NCBI GenBank assembly: GCA_045131085.1
Contig: JBGUQN010000004.1
Span: forward strand, 9,127-73,126
Length of the DNA: 64,000 nt
Direction: 5' to 3'
DNA from: Fibrobacter sp.
GTDB lineage: Bacteria; Fibrobacterota; Fibrobacteria; Fibrobacterales; Fibrobacteraceae
Position numbers and translations under genes: made by a program
Shown: one piece after another, positions 48,052-57,094 of the stretch
Layout: each line of letters opens with the position of its first letter
How positions within the stretch are numbered: position 1 is the first letter of the stretch
The notes under the pieces: generated by a model
Seen by the model: the letters and a program-made list of their open reading frames with translations, nothing else
What the model was told of the DNA's origin: nothing
The model's database searches: none

Positions 48052-48504
48052 TTATGCTGCCCCCTGAGAAGAATCCGACCCAGAATCCCTTGATTTAAGC
48101 GATTCTATGCGATGTTCCAGCAATTCGTTCACCTGCGGAATCAGCGAATCCTTGATGCGTTCCAGGTAAAGGCACTGCAACTGAATCATACGATCGCGAT
48201 GCCTACCCGCATGTTCCTGAATCCAGTTGCTCACGGCCGCTTGCCTGTTTTCGAGTTGGCTACGTAATGTCTGTTGTATGAACGTTCGCTGTACTTCCAT
48301 ATAACGATGCATGTTAAATGGAAGACGATATGTGCGAATAAACTGCTTTAATAGTTCCAAAAGCGACAGGTTTGCATCCTTTCGGGAATCCATGAACTTC
48401 TTCAAATCGTCCAAGTGTTCCTTAAAAAAAGGTACAATAGCCTTATCGTCTATTTGGTAAAGCTCCAACTCGTCTTGCTTTTTTGTTGCTTCATCAACCG
48501 CCAT
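48052..48504 (-). CDS. Hypothetical helical protein
   Basis: 150-aa ORF filling the gap; TAGATTTG promoter-like motif 4 nt before the ATG. Confidence 0.7.
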   Translation of the reverse strand: MAVDEATKKQDELELYQIDDKAIVPFFKEHLDDLKKFMDSRKDANLSLLELLKQFIRTYRLPFNMHRYMEVQRTFIQQTLRSQLENRQAAVSNWIQEHAGRHRDRMIQLQCLYLERIKDSLIPQVNELLEHRIESLKSRDSGSDSSQGAA

Positions 48505-48531
48505 GCTACAAATCTATGAATTTGAAGCTTT

Positions 48532-49848
48532 TTATGCAGTGATTTTCCTTACAAGGAAGCCAAATTCGGCGTTTCCTGTGTTTCTAAGCACATCACCTTG
48601 CACAATAACACGGCCTTCAGTGCCGGGGTTCAATCGATCAGCAGCTGCACCGCGAAAATCGAGGAGCCCAGAAACTTCACAAGGCACCATTCCCGAAGGC
48701 GTCATGAGTTCCAGCGAATCATCCATCGAGAAAGGATTTTTCACATTCACGCGGAAGGAATTCGACGCCGAATCAAAATCGAGAACCTGCGCAGCAACGC
48801 ACCCGCCTTGAGCAGCCACATGAGTAGACTCGTAATTTTGCGGCAGGGGGCCCTTGAGGAACCCAGGCATGAACCCGCGACCATCCACAAAGTTTATCGC
48901 CCTGCGGGATTCCTGCGGAATGAGTTCCGGAGAACACTCCGCACCCGATTCCAGCCCCTGCACAGAAGCATCGATAGCCATGCGATAAGCGCGTACCACC
49001 TGACTCAAGTAGTAAACGGAACGCGTACGGCCCTCAATTTTAAACGAATCTAGCCCACCTTGAACAAGCGAAGGTATGACATCGAGTGCACAAAGGTCAC
49101 GGCTACTCATAAAGTATGTGCCCCAGGTATCTTCGTCTAAAGCGACCGGCGGAAGCTCAGGGCGATCAGTACGCTGCAAGCTAAATTCACCCTCGTGTTC
49201 GCGATAATCTTCAGCCTGCGGGCCATAATTCGCATAGAGGCGGTAAGGCATACGGCAGCTGTTATCGCAGGCGCCCTGGTTCGCATCGCGGTGCGTAACC
49301 CAGTTGCTAAGCATACAACGTCCCGACATAGCCATACAAACTGCACCATGGACGAACACCTCTAGTTCGAGGTCCGGCAATTGTTCCTTTATCTCTAAAA
49401 TTTCAGACAAACGAAGTTCACGGCTCAAAATAATGCGCCGTACTCCTAGGTCGTACCAGAACTTTGCCGCAAGGTAGTTCGTTGTATTCGCTTGTACAGA
49501 CAAGTGAATTTCTACATCAGGGCAAGTCTTACGGAGCCAGCCTACAAAACCCGGATCTGCAACAATAAGGGCATCGGGCTTGAGTTCTATCGCCTGCAAA
49601 AGCGCCTTCTGGAACGCCTCCACCTTCACATTACGGGGAATCACGTTGCTTGTAAGGTAAAACTTTTTCCCGAGGGCATGTGCATACGCGATACCTTCGG
49701 CAAGGTCATCCAGGTTCTTGAACCCGTTTTCGCGCGAACGCAAACTGAACGCGGGCTGCCCCGCATATACGGCATCTGCGCCGTAGGCATACGCATACTT
49801 CATGCGGGTCAAATCACCCGCAGGCGCTAAAAGTTCAGGTTTCTTCAT
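48532..49848 (-). CDS. U32-family protein (TrhP/YegQ-like tRNA hydroxylation protein)
   Basis: PELLAPAG, GADAVYAG, HLSVQAN, EVFVHGAVCMAMSGRC, C...CR, DLC, KIEGR. Confidence 0.88.
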   Translation of the reverse strand: MKKPELLAPAGDLTRMKYAYAYGADAVYAGQPAFSLRSRENGFKNLDDLAEGIAYAHALGKKFYLTSNVIPRNVKVEAFQKALLQAIELKPDALIVADPGFVGWLRKTCPDVEIHLSVQANTTNYLAAKFWYDLGVRRIILSRELRLSEILEIKEQLPDLELEVFVHGAVCMAMSGRCMLSNWVTHRDANQGACDNSCRMPYRLYANYGPQAEDYREHEGEFSLQRTDRPELPPVALDEDTWGTYFMSSRDLCALDVIPSLVQGGLDSFKIEGRTRSVYYLSQVVRAYRMAIDASVQGLESGAECSPELIPQESRRAINFVDGRGFMPGFLKGPLPQNYESTHVAAQGGCVAAQVLDFDSASNSFRVNVKNPFSMDDSLELMTPSGMVPCEVSGLLDFRGAAADRLNPGTEGRVIVQGDVLRNTGNAEFGFLVRKITA

Positions 49849-49853
49849 ACAAG

Positions 49854-51482
49854 TTACCACTTAAAGCCGGCGCGGATATACGCCTTGCGGTCATCAATGA
49901 AGGTTATCTCACCCATGAAACTCACATACTGCCCTTCATAGCTAATTGCGGGCGTAAGCGAGTACTGCATCTTCGCTCCATCAAGGAACTTCTTTGAAAT
50001 CTTCATGTGGTTATGGGCCGGAGTTGTATCGTTCACGGCGCTCCCATAATCCTTACCCTTCCAGAACCAGGTATTGCGAAGCGAAGCATAAATGTGCTTG
50101 TCCAGGCGCGCATAAACATTCCAGTCGATTGTCTGGCTGTTGGGGCCACCCTGGTTCCCAAGCGGGTAACCGAGATGCGCTATCTGCGCCGTATTCTTCA
50201 CGAAATGCGAATACACATAGGGTTCTACGCGCGCATATTCTGCAAGGGAGCCCACCTCCAGCAAATGCCCCTTCACAATAAAGTCATGGCCCACCTGCGC
50301 ACCAACCATCCATGCCCACTTGGCTTCGATGTTATCGTTTTTCACCAGGCTTATGGGAGATTCCATGTCGTCAAGGAAAAATTCCGTATAGATTCTCGCC
50401 ATGTTGAACAGGCGGTAGTTAAAGTCAAACGCAAGGGAACCGTTATTAGAATTTTCGCTATAGTTACCCTTTTCCATGAACAGCGGCACCGTCGGCACAA
50501 AAAGCCAAGGCTTCAGATTATCAAAGAGAATCGTGAGTTCACTGATACCGAACGTTCCGTTCCCTATTGCAAGTTCATAGCGGTGGCCAAAAACGTTACG
50601 TTCTTCCTTGTTGCTCATGCTCATGCTGTTCTTGTCGATTCGCAAGTCTCCATAGAAGCTGAATACGCGAAGCGGTCCAAACTGCAAGTCCACCGAAAGC
50701 ATGTTGTACGGGAGCGCAAACTGGTTCAAGCTCAGGTTGTTGTAGTAGCCCGGACCCCAGTGCAACACATCGCGGGCAAGGTCAACACGAATCCAGTCGT
50801 AGTTGAAAGCGAAGTGCGTACGGTAGCGCGCATAGCTCGTGTATTCAACGCCAGAATTATTTTCTTCGCGTTGGACCTCCAAAAACTCGCGGTCCCAAGA
50901 CCTCGGCTTTTTCGCAGAGTGGCCTTCATCGTATATGCGGGCGTCGAGCACGAACTCCAGCGAATCCGCATAGCCTCGCAGGTAAATGCCTCCATCGACA
51001 CTCGGCCAGATGGTATCACCAATCGACTTGTCTCCACGGCGGTCAATGTCGTTGACATGTTCTCCGGCGCGGTAATCAATGCCACCAACCACGCTCGTCG
51101 CAATACCAAATTTCGGGAGGCGCCCTGCACCAAGAGCTTCTTGATTCTTGACGCAAACGCTATCACCCTCATGACACTTAAGTTCAAGCCCTCGCCCGGC
51201 AATCGCTCCGCCACGCAGATTATCGTAATAAAGCAGCGCATTGCCTTCTGTTTCGGTAAAGTGCCGGATAAACGAAGTATCGCGCCTCGGGTAGGTAAAG
51301 AACTGGCGTTCGCTGCCCACAGTCTGCCTGTGGTATTCAAAGAGCATCGGAGCCATTTCGAGCGTGCGCAAGTTATGCGTGCGTTCCACGCCCACAACAG
51401 GAGATGCGGCAAGTGCCTGCAACGGGAGTAGCGACACGAAGGCCGTCGCCAAAGCCAGAGTGCGTGATTTTACAAGAATCAT
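49854..51482 (-). CDS. Outer-membrane beta-barrel protein, capsule-assembly Wzi-like
   Basis: Start reassigned to ATG 51482 after GAGG; signal peptide; HWGPG..LSL, HRYE, Y.EFFLDD, LGYPLG; terminal W. Confidence 0.6.
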   Translation of the reverse strand: MILVKSRTLALATAFVSLLPLQALAASPVVGVERTHNLRTLEMAPMLFEYHRQTVGSERQFFTYPRRDTSFIRHFTETEGNALLYYDNLRGGAIAGRGLELKCHEGDSVCVKNQEALGAGRLPKFGIATSVVGGIDYRAGEHVNDIDRRGDKSIGDTIWPSVDGGIYLRGYADSLEFVLDARIYDEGHSAKKPRSWDREFLEVQREENNSGVEYTSYARYRTHFAFNYDWIRVDLARDVLHWGPGYYNNLSLNQFALPYNMLSVDLQFGPLRVFSFYGDLRIDKNSMSMSNKEERNVFGHRYELAIGNGTFGISELTILFDNLKPWLFVPTVPLFMEKGNYSENSNNGSLAFDFNYRLFNMARIYTEFFLDDMESPISLVKNDNIEAKWAWMVGAQVGHDFIVKGHLLEVGSLAEYARVEPYVYSHFVKNTAQIAHLGYPLGNQGGPNSQTIDWNVYARLDKHIYASLRNTWFWKGKDYGSAVNDTTPAHNHMKISKKFLDGAKMQYSLTPAISYEGQYVSFMGEITFIDDRKAYIRAGFKW

Positions 51483-51704
51483 AACCTCAATGTAGTTTTT
51501 TTTGATTGCAGAAAATGTTGTCAATTTCGCAACAGGATTGTTTTCGTCCGCTTTCGTTCCAAACGGAACAAATCCGCCCATTTATCGATGAATCTTTTTC
51601 CAAAAAAAACAAAAAATAACCAGAAAGCGCAACTGTCACTTGGTAACTTTTTGAGTAGAAACGAACCCATTCCGGGTTGTTGTTTGGCAAAAGGGATGTT
51701 TATC

Positions 51705-53687
51705 ATGAAAACAAAAACTCAAAAAATACTCACATTATCTTCCATTCTTGCGTTCGGCCTTTTGGCAGCATGTTCCGACGATTCTACGGGCGTGCAGGCC
51801 CCTGCCAGTGACGGCGCCACCACAGGCAACGAAACGGCAGCCAACATCTGCATCGCCGAAGGCTACACCGGCTACTACGCAGCGGATGGTGTTACCGTAT
51901 TGTGTCTCGACGCAAGCGGAAATCTTGCCTTCTGGATTAACTCGGACGGTTCCATCGTCATGCCCGAAAGCGAAAACAAGCCGGACGTTCCCGCCATCGA
52001 AACGCCGGCAGACACAGGCGCCACAACTGTTCCTCCAATTGAGCAATCTTCGAGTTCGGCAATCGAAACAGCTAGTTGCGATGCTACCAGCGCCACACAG
52101 CTCTACTCCCTGGGCGGTACAACCTACTACCGCGACGGTGAGAAAGGCACAACCTTCTACTTCGACGAAAACTGCAAAAAAGTTTTCTTGACAGAAGCAG
52201 CCACGTCTTCTTCTAGCGAAGTTCCTGCCGCATCGTCCGCAGACACCGGCAACGAGCCCGCGGCAAGTTCTTCTTCCGAAGTCTCTCCGGCCAGCAGCGC
52301 AGCCACAAGCGCTACAAGCACGGTTTCGAACGGGAACACTCCCGCCATTACTTACGCATCAAACAGCGCGACCATTACCAACAACAACGGCTGCGTACAA
52401 GTGAACGGTGGCGAAGTCGTGATTACCTGCGCGGGCGACTACGACTTCAGCGGAAGCTACACCGGTAACGACGCCCAGATACGCGTGTACTCCCCCAAGA
52501 GCGATAGCGGCGTGTACCTCAACCTGCGCGGGCTTACGCTTACGAACAACGCAGATGCCGTCATCTACGTGCAGATGGCAAGCAAGGCTTTCGTCGTCGC
52601 CAAGAGCGGCACCGAGAACACGCTCTCCGATGCAAGCAACCGCACCAAGACATTCACCTACGTGAACGCAAGCAACGAGACCAAGGTAGATACCACAGGC
52701 GCCTGCATCTACGCGAAAGACGACCTCACCATCAAGGGCGATGGTTCTCTCACCGTGAAAGGCAACTACAACAACGGCATCCACTCTAGCAACGACCTGC
52801 GCTTCCGCGGAGAAACCACCGTGAATGTTACCGCAAAGAACCACGGCCTCAAAGGTAAGGAACTTGTCGATGTAGAAAAAGGCAACATCACCATCAGCAC
52901 AACTAGCGGTGACGGCATCCACGGCGACCTGAACGTAATCCTGACCGGCGGCAATATCAAGGTCAATGCGGGCGACGACGGCATCCATGCGGATTCCGCG
53001 CTGTACCTCTCGGGTTCTACCGTAAACGTCGAGAAGGCGGGCGAAGGTATGGAAGCTTTCTACATCTTTGCCGAAGGCGGCATCACCGCGACCTACGGCA
53101 CCGACGACGGCTGGAATGCCGCCGGCGGTTCTGCAGACGGTTCTACCAGCACGGGCAGCAGCCAGGGCGGCTGGAGCATGGGTGGCGGCATGGGCGGCGG
53201 CATGCAGAGCAGCAGCAAGGGCTATATCGCCATCACTGGCGGCTACCACTACATTAGTGCCTCGGGTAACGACATCGACGTACTCGATGCGAACGGCACA
53301 GCAAAGCAGAGCGGCGGCGTAGTCATCCTTGAAATCCCCAACAGCAGCTCGGGCGGCATGGGCGGCGGTAGCAGACCCGGCCAGAGCAGCAGTAACGGCA
53401 GCTGCGGCACCAACATGGCTGGCGGCCTGATCGATACCGACCAAGGATTCACCATCACGGGCGGCGTACTACTCGGATTCGGAAGCCAGACCGAAGAATA
53501 CCCGAACTGCACGGCCACCAGCTACACGGCGAATACAGCCTACGGCAACGCGAATGCAGCATTCGCCCCGAAAGGCTCCGGCAGCATGATTCTCTACGGC
53601 GGCTCCGTCACATCTGTCAGCCAGGTTTCTACAGCCGGAATGAACACGGTAGAGTTTCCCAACGGGCTCAAATACTACTACAAGTAG
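51705..53687 (+). CDS. Lipoprotein with a Cthe_2159/DUF4353-type beta-helix carbohydrate-binding domain
   Basis: Lipobox LAAC; Ser/Thr linker; GTENTLSD, IYAKDDLTIKG.G.L, DGIH repeats, GG.I.V.A.DDG; Gly/Met-rich loops. Confidence 0.8.
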   Translation: MKTKTQKILTLSSILAFGLLAACSDDSTGVQAPASDGATTGNETAANICIAEGYTGYYAADGVTVLCLDASGNLAFWINSDGSIVMPESENKPDVPAIETPADTGATTVPPIEQSSSSAIETASCDATSATQLYSLGGTTYYRDGEKGTTFYFDENCKKVFLTEAATSSSSEVPAASSADTGNEPAASSSSEVSPASSAATSATSTVSNGNTPAITYASNSATITNNNGCVQVNGGEVVITCAGDYDFSGSYTGNDAQIRVYSPKSDSGVYLNLRGLTLTNNADAVIYVQMASKAFVVAKSGTENTLSDASNRTKTFTYVNASNETKVDTTGACIYAKDDLTIKGDGSLTVKGNYNNGIHSSNDLRFRGETTVNVTAKNHGLKGKELVDVEKGNITISTTSGDGIHGDLNVILTGGNIKVNAGDDGIHADSALYLSGSTVNVEKAGEGMEAFYIFAEGGITATYGTDDGWNAAGGSADGSTSTGSSQGGWSMGGGMGGGMQSSSKGYIAITGGYHYISASGNDIDVLDANGTAKQSGGVVILEIPNSSSGGMGGGSRPGQSSSNGSCGTNMAGGLIDTDQGFTITGGVLLGFGSQTEEYPNCTATSYTANTAYGNANAAFAPKGSGSMILYGGSVTSVSQVSTAGMNTVEFPNGLKYYYK

Positions 53688-53781
53688 GGGGTACTTTTGG
53701 GGAAAGTGACCCGTATCACACGCGAAAACTTTTTTAGCCAAAAGTTCGTCCACCCCCCAATTAAATTTCTATAGTTATAAG

Positions 53782-53851
53782 TACTCCAAACCAACCCCAA
53801 AAGCCAGGCAGCGAAAATGCTCGCATTTTCATTGCCTGGCTCCTTTTTTTT
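53782..53851 (+). ncRNA. Candidate small RNA: C-rich 5' end plus long terminator hairpin
   Basis: TATAGT at 53770-53775; ACTCCAAACCAACCCC; stems AGCCAGGCA/TGCCTGGCT and GAAAATGC/GCATTTTC; T-run. It could instead be only the terminator of the upstream gene. Confidence 0.4.
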
Positions 53852-53998
53852 CATGCGTTCAAAGTGGGCTCATTCACGCGGAAACGGCTTATTTAGTGCG
53901 ATAAAGCACTTATTTCTATATAAAGTCAGCAACAGGCAATCCCACCTACGTAAAAAAAAGGTAATTTAAAGGTGTATGGTACCCCGAACGAGGTTTCA

Positions 53999-56900
53999 AT
54001 GTCTTTTGTGCGCTCTTTTTTAACGATTCTATGCTCAACAGCCCTGTTCGCCTACGCCCAGGTGGAATTCCCCATGGGCTCAGAAGTCGTCAATGTCAAG
54101 GAAGAACCTTATAATGCCAAAGGCGATGGCAAGACAGACGATACCGAAGCTATCCAGCGGGCTTTAAACGACCACCCGGATGGCGACTACATCATTTACC
54201 TCCCGCACGGCATCTACAAGATTACCTCGGCCCTCATGTGGCCCTCGGCCAACAAGCCCGAAAAGGACTACCGGCGTACTATTCTCCAGGGCGAAAGCAT
54301 GGGCGGAACCATCATCGCGCTGCAAGACGACGTTCCAGGATTCGAGAACCCGGATTTCCCGCAGGCAGTCATCTACACGGGTGACGGCCCCAACCCGAGG
54401 CAGAGAAACTCCATCCGCGACCTCACGCTCCGTACAGGTAAAAAGAACCCGGGCGCCATCGGTATCCGCTTCAACGCCGCAATACAGGGCACCATCAACA
54501 ACGTGAAGGTTTACTCGGGCGACAGCGCGGGCGTCTACGGTATCGACCTGGGCTTTACTGACAATATCGGCCCCCTGCTCCTCAAGAACGTGGAAGTGGA
54601 CGGCTTCGACGTAGGTATCTATACCGCGGGCAACTCCAACAACATGACTTTCGAGCACGTGACCCTCGGCGGCCAGAAGAAATTCGGCCTCGACAACGAC
54701 GGCCAGATGCTCTCCGTACGCGCCATGCGCTTCAAGGGCGGTTCTACCGCAGTCTATAACCACGGCGAAGGCGCCTCAATAGTATTCGTAGACGGAACCC
54801 TCGAATACGACCCGGGCAAAAAAGCCGCAAAGCCGATTACCGCCATTGTGAACGAAGGCCAGTTGTTCGCACGTTCCGTCGTGGTGAGCAAGTTCAAGTC
54901 CAAGATCAAGAGCACCAAGAAGGCCTACAACGAATCGATTTCCAATACCGAAATCATCGAGTTCTCCACGCAGGCGAACCACCAGCTCTGCCACAGCCCC
55001 AAGACGTCCATGAAGCTCTCCGTCAACGAGACGCCGAACAACCCCGAGCAGAAGTCCATGTACTGGACCTCCATCACCGGTGAATACGGCGGCAAATCCA
55101 GTGACGGCTCGGACGACTCCAAGGCCATCCAGGACGCCATTGACGACGGTGCAGAAACAATCTTCTTCCCGCCGGGAGGCCGCTGGACCATCAACCGCGA
55201 CATCTATCTCAGGAACCGCATCCACAGGCTTATCGGTACCGAAGGCAAGATCGACGGCAAGGGCAAGTTCATCATCGAAGACGGCGCATTCGTAGACATC
55301 ACCATTGAGCGATTCTCCACGTTCGCAAGCGGCATCACGAACCGTTCCAAGCGCACGGTAATCCTCAAGAACATGTACCTCAAGTCCTACGAATCCAGCG
55401 ATTTCTCCACGGGAGACATTTTCATGGAAGACGTCTCCGTAGGTACGATACAGACGAACATTCAGCGCCTGTGGGGCCGCCAGATTACCATGGTCGGCGA
55501 CACCAAGGGCCCCAAAATCATGAACAATGGCGGTACCCTCTGGATTCTGGGCCTTACCGCAAAAGACGGAAACACAATCCTCCATAACTTCAACAAGGGC
55601 TCGGCCGAACTCCTGGGCGTGAACGTTATCGCCAGCGACAAGGCAAAGAACAGCCCGATGTTCATCAACGACAACGCGAACATTTCCATTGTCGGGCTCA
55701 AGGAGACCCTTAGCCGCGGCAACCCCTACGTAAAAATTGTTGAAGATTCCCGCCAGGGCTCGAAGGTCTACACCCTCAAGAACACCGACTTGCCCCACAA
55801 CGAATCCGGCGGCGTGATGATGGCACTCTATACAGGCTACGCCCCCAAGCAGGGCCAGAACGAACCGCCCAAGGCTAGCGTAACACGCGAAAACATTCTG
55901 GTGCAGCCCAACAAGTTGCACCTCACCGGCACGGTCGAAGACGATGGCCGTGGCGATGGGCTGTGCCGCGTCCCCGTAGTCTGGAGGAAGGGCGCAGGTC
56001 CCGGAAAGGTATCCTTCTCTGACTCCCTCGAATACGAGACCGACGTGACGTTCACAGCAAGCGGGCGCTACAACATCCTCTTCAAGGCGAACGACGGCTA
56101 CACCGAAGGCACGGACACCGGCAAGGTATACGTGTTTGACAAGCGTTACACCACGCTTGACCACAGCGGTGACAACATTCCGAGCGGCCGCGGTGCCGAC
56201 GCCTGGATTTCGCAGTTCGACAACTACACGCCGCATGCGACCGACGAGAACCTGAGGGTCGCGCACGACAAGAACGACGCCGGAAAGATTTACCTGAAGT
56301 TCGACCTGTCTGCACTCCCGGGCCCGCTCTTCGACGCCGCCCTCAAGCTCGACTTCGATACCGATTCCATCAAGAAGCCCGTACAGTTCAACATATTCGG
56401 CCTCAAGGAATCCGCAAAGGACGCCTCCTTCGGCGAAGACAAGCTGGGCATCGACTGGAAGAGCGATGAACTCACCTGGGAAAACGCTCCGGCAAACATA
56501 GACCAACCGGGCGGGCAGTTCAACATCCGCAAGAATTCTGGCGGCGGCGTCGACACCAAGTACGCCGACTACCTCGGGATTATCACCATCAACCCGAAGG
56601 CCCCGCTCGGCGCCTTCCTGCGCACACCCACGCTCACCGAGTTCTTCAAGCGCAAGCACGCCTCCGGCCTCTACACGCTTATCCTCACTGCGGTCGAACC
56701 CGGCGAAACGTTCATCAAGTCCAGGAACGCGGGCAAGAACTCTGCGCCGTCGCTCTACGTCGGGTACTATGACAACTCCCGTTCCGTGGGTGGCGAAGCG
56801 ATGGACGGCGGCTACACGCTCTCGAAGGTGAACATCGACATCGTGAACCTGGAATGCAACTTCGACCTGACCGTGGGCTACCCCCAGTTCGTGCAGATTG

Positions 56901-57073
56901 AAATCGTGAACGAATCGGGCAAGCGCATGCTCACTGTGGCCGCCCGCGAACTCGCCGGCGAAAAGAAGACCAACTTCAAGTTCAAGGCGAAGGCGTTCCC
57001 CACAGGTAAGTACACCCTCAAGATTATCGGCGAGGCATTCACCGCCGAACAGAAGTTCTTCATCCTCAACTAA
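53999..57073 (+). CDS. Secreted modular protein: two pectate-lyase-3/GH55-like beta-helix units, PKD/Ig-like and DNRLRE-like modules, C-terminal sorting-type tail
   Basis: Signal peptide; NVK..YNAKGDGKTDDTEAIQRA..IYLP.G.Y and DGSDDSKAIQDAID..FFP.G; DDG..W....GPG.V.F; YLKFDLS..TWENAP; GKYTLKI..QKFFILN. Confidence 0.75.
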   Translation: MSFVRSFLTILCSTALFAYAQVEFPMGSEVVNVKEEPYNAKGDGKTDDTEAIQRALNDHPDGDYIIYLPHGIYKITSALMWPSANKPEKDYRRTILQGESMGGTIIALQDDVPGFENPDFPQAVIYTGDGPNPRQRNSIRDLTLRTGKKNPGAIGIRFNAAIQGTINNVKVYSGDSAGVYGIDLGFTDNIGPLLLKNVEVDGFDVGIYTAGNSNNMTFEHVTLGGQKKFGLDNDGQMLSVRAMRFKGGSTAVYNHGEGASIVFVDGTLEYDPGKKAAKPITAIVNEGQLFARSVVVSKFKSKIKSTKKAYNESISNTEIIEFSTQANHQLCHSPKTSMKLSVNETPNNPEQKSMYWTSITGEYGGKSSDGSDDSKAIQDAIDDGAETIFFPPGGRWTINRDIYLRNRIHRLIGTEGKIDGKGKFIIEDGAFVDITIERFSTFASGITNRSKRTVILKNMYLKSYESSDFSTGDIFMEDVSVGTIQTNIQRLWGRQITMVGDTKGPKIMNNGGTLWILGLTAKDGNTILHNFNKGSAELLGVNVIASDKAKNSPMFINDNANISIVGLKETLSRGNPYVKIVEDSRQGSKVYTLKNTDLPHNESGGVMMALYTGYAPKQGQNEPPKASVTRENILVQPNKLHLTGTVEDDGRGDGLCRVPVVWRKGAGPGKVSFSDSLEYETDVTFTASGRYNILFKANDGYTEGTDTGKVYVFDKRYTTLDHSGDNIPSGRGADAWISQFDNYTPHATDENLRVAHDKNDAGKIYLKFDLSALPGPLFDAALKLDFDTDSIKKPVQFNIFGLKESAKDASFGEDKLGIDWKSDELTWENAPANIDQPGGQFNIRKNSGGGVDTKYADYLGIITINPKAPLGAFLRTPTLTEFFKRKHASGLYTLILTAVEPGETFIKSRNAGKNSAPSLYVGYYDNSRSVGGEAMDGGYTLSKVNIDIVNLECNFDLTVGYPQFVQIEIVNESGKRMLTVAARELAGEKKTNFKFKAKAFPTGKYTLKIIGEAFTAEQKFFILN

Positions 57074-57094
57074 CGCATTTTGACCGGTACGATT

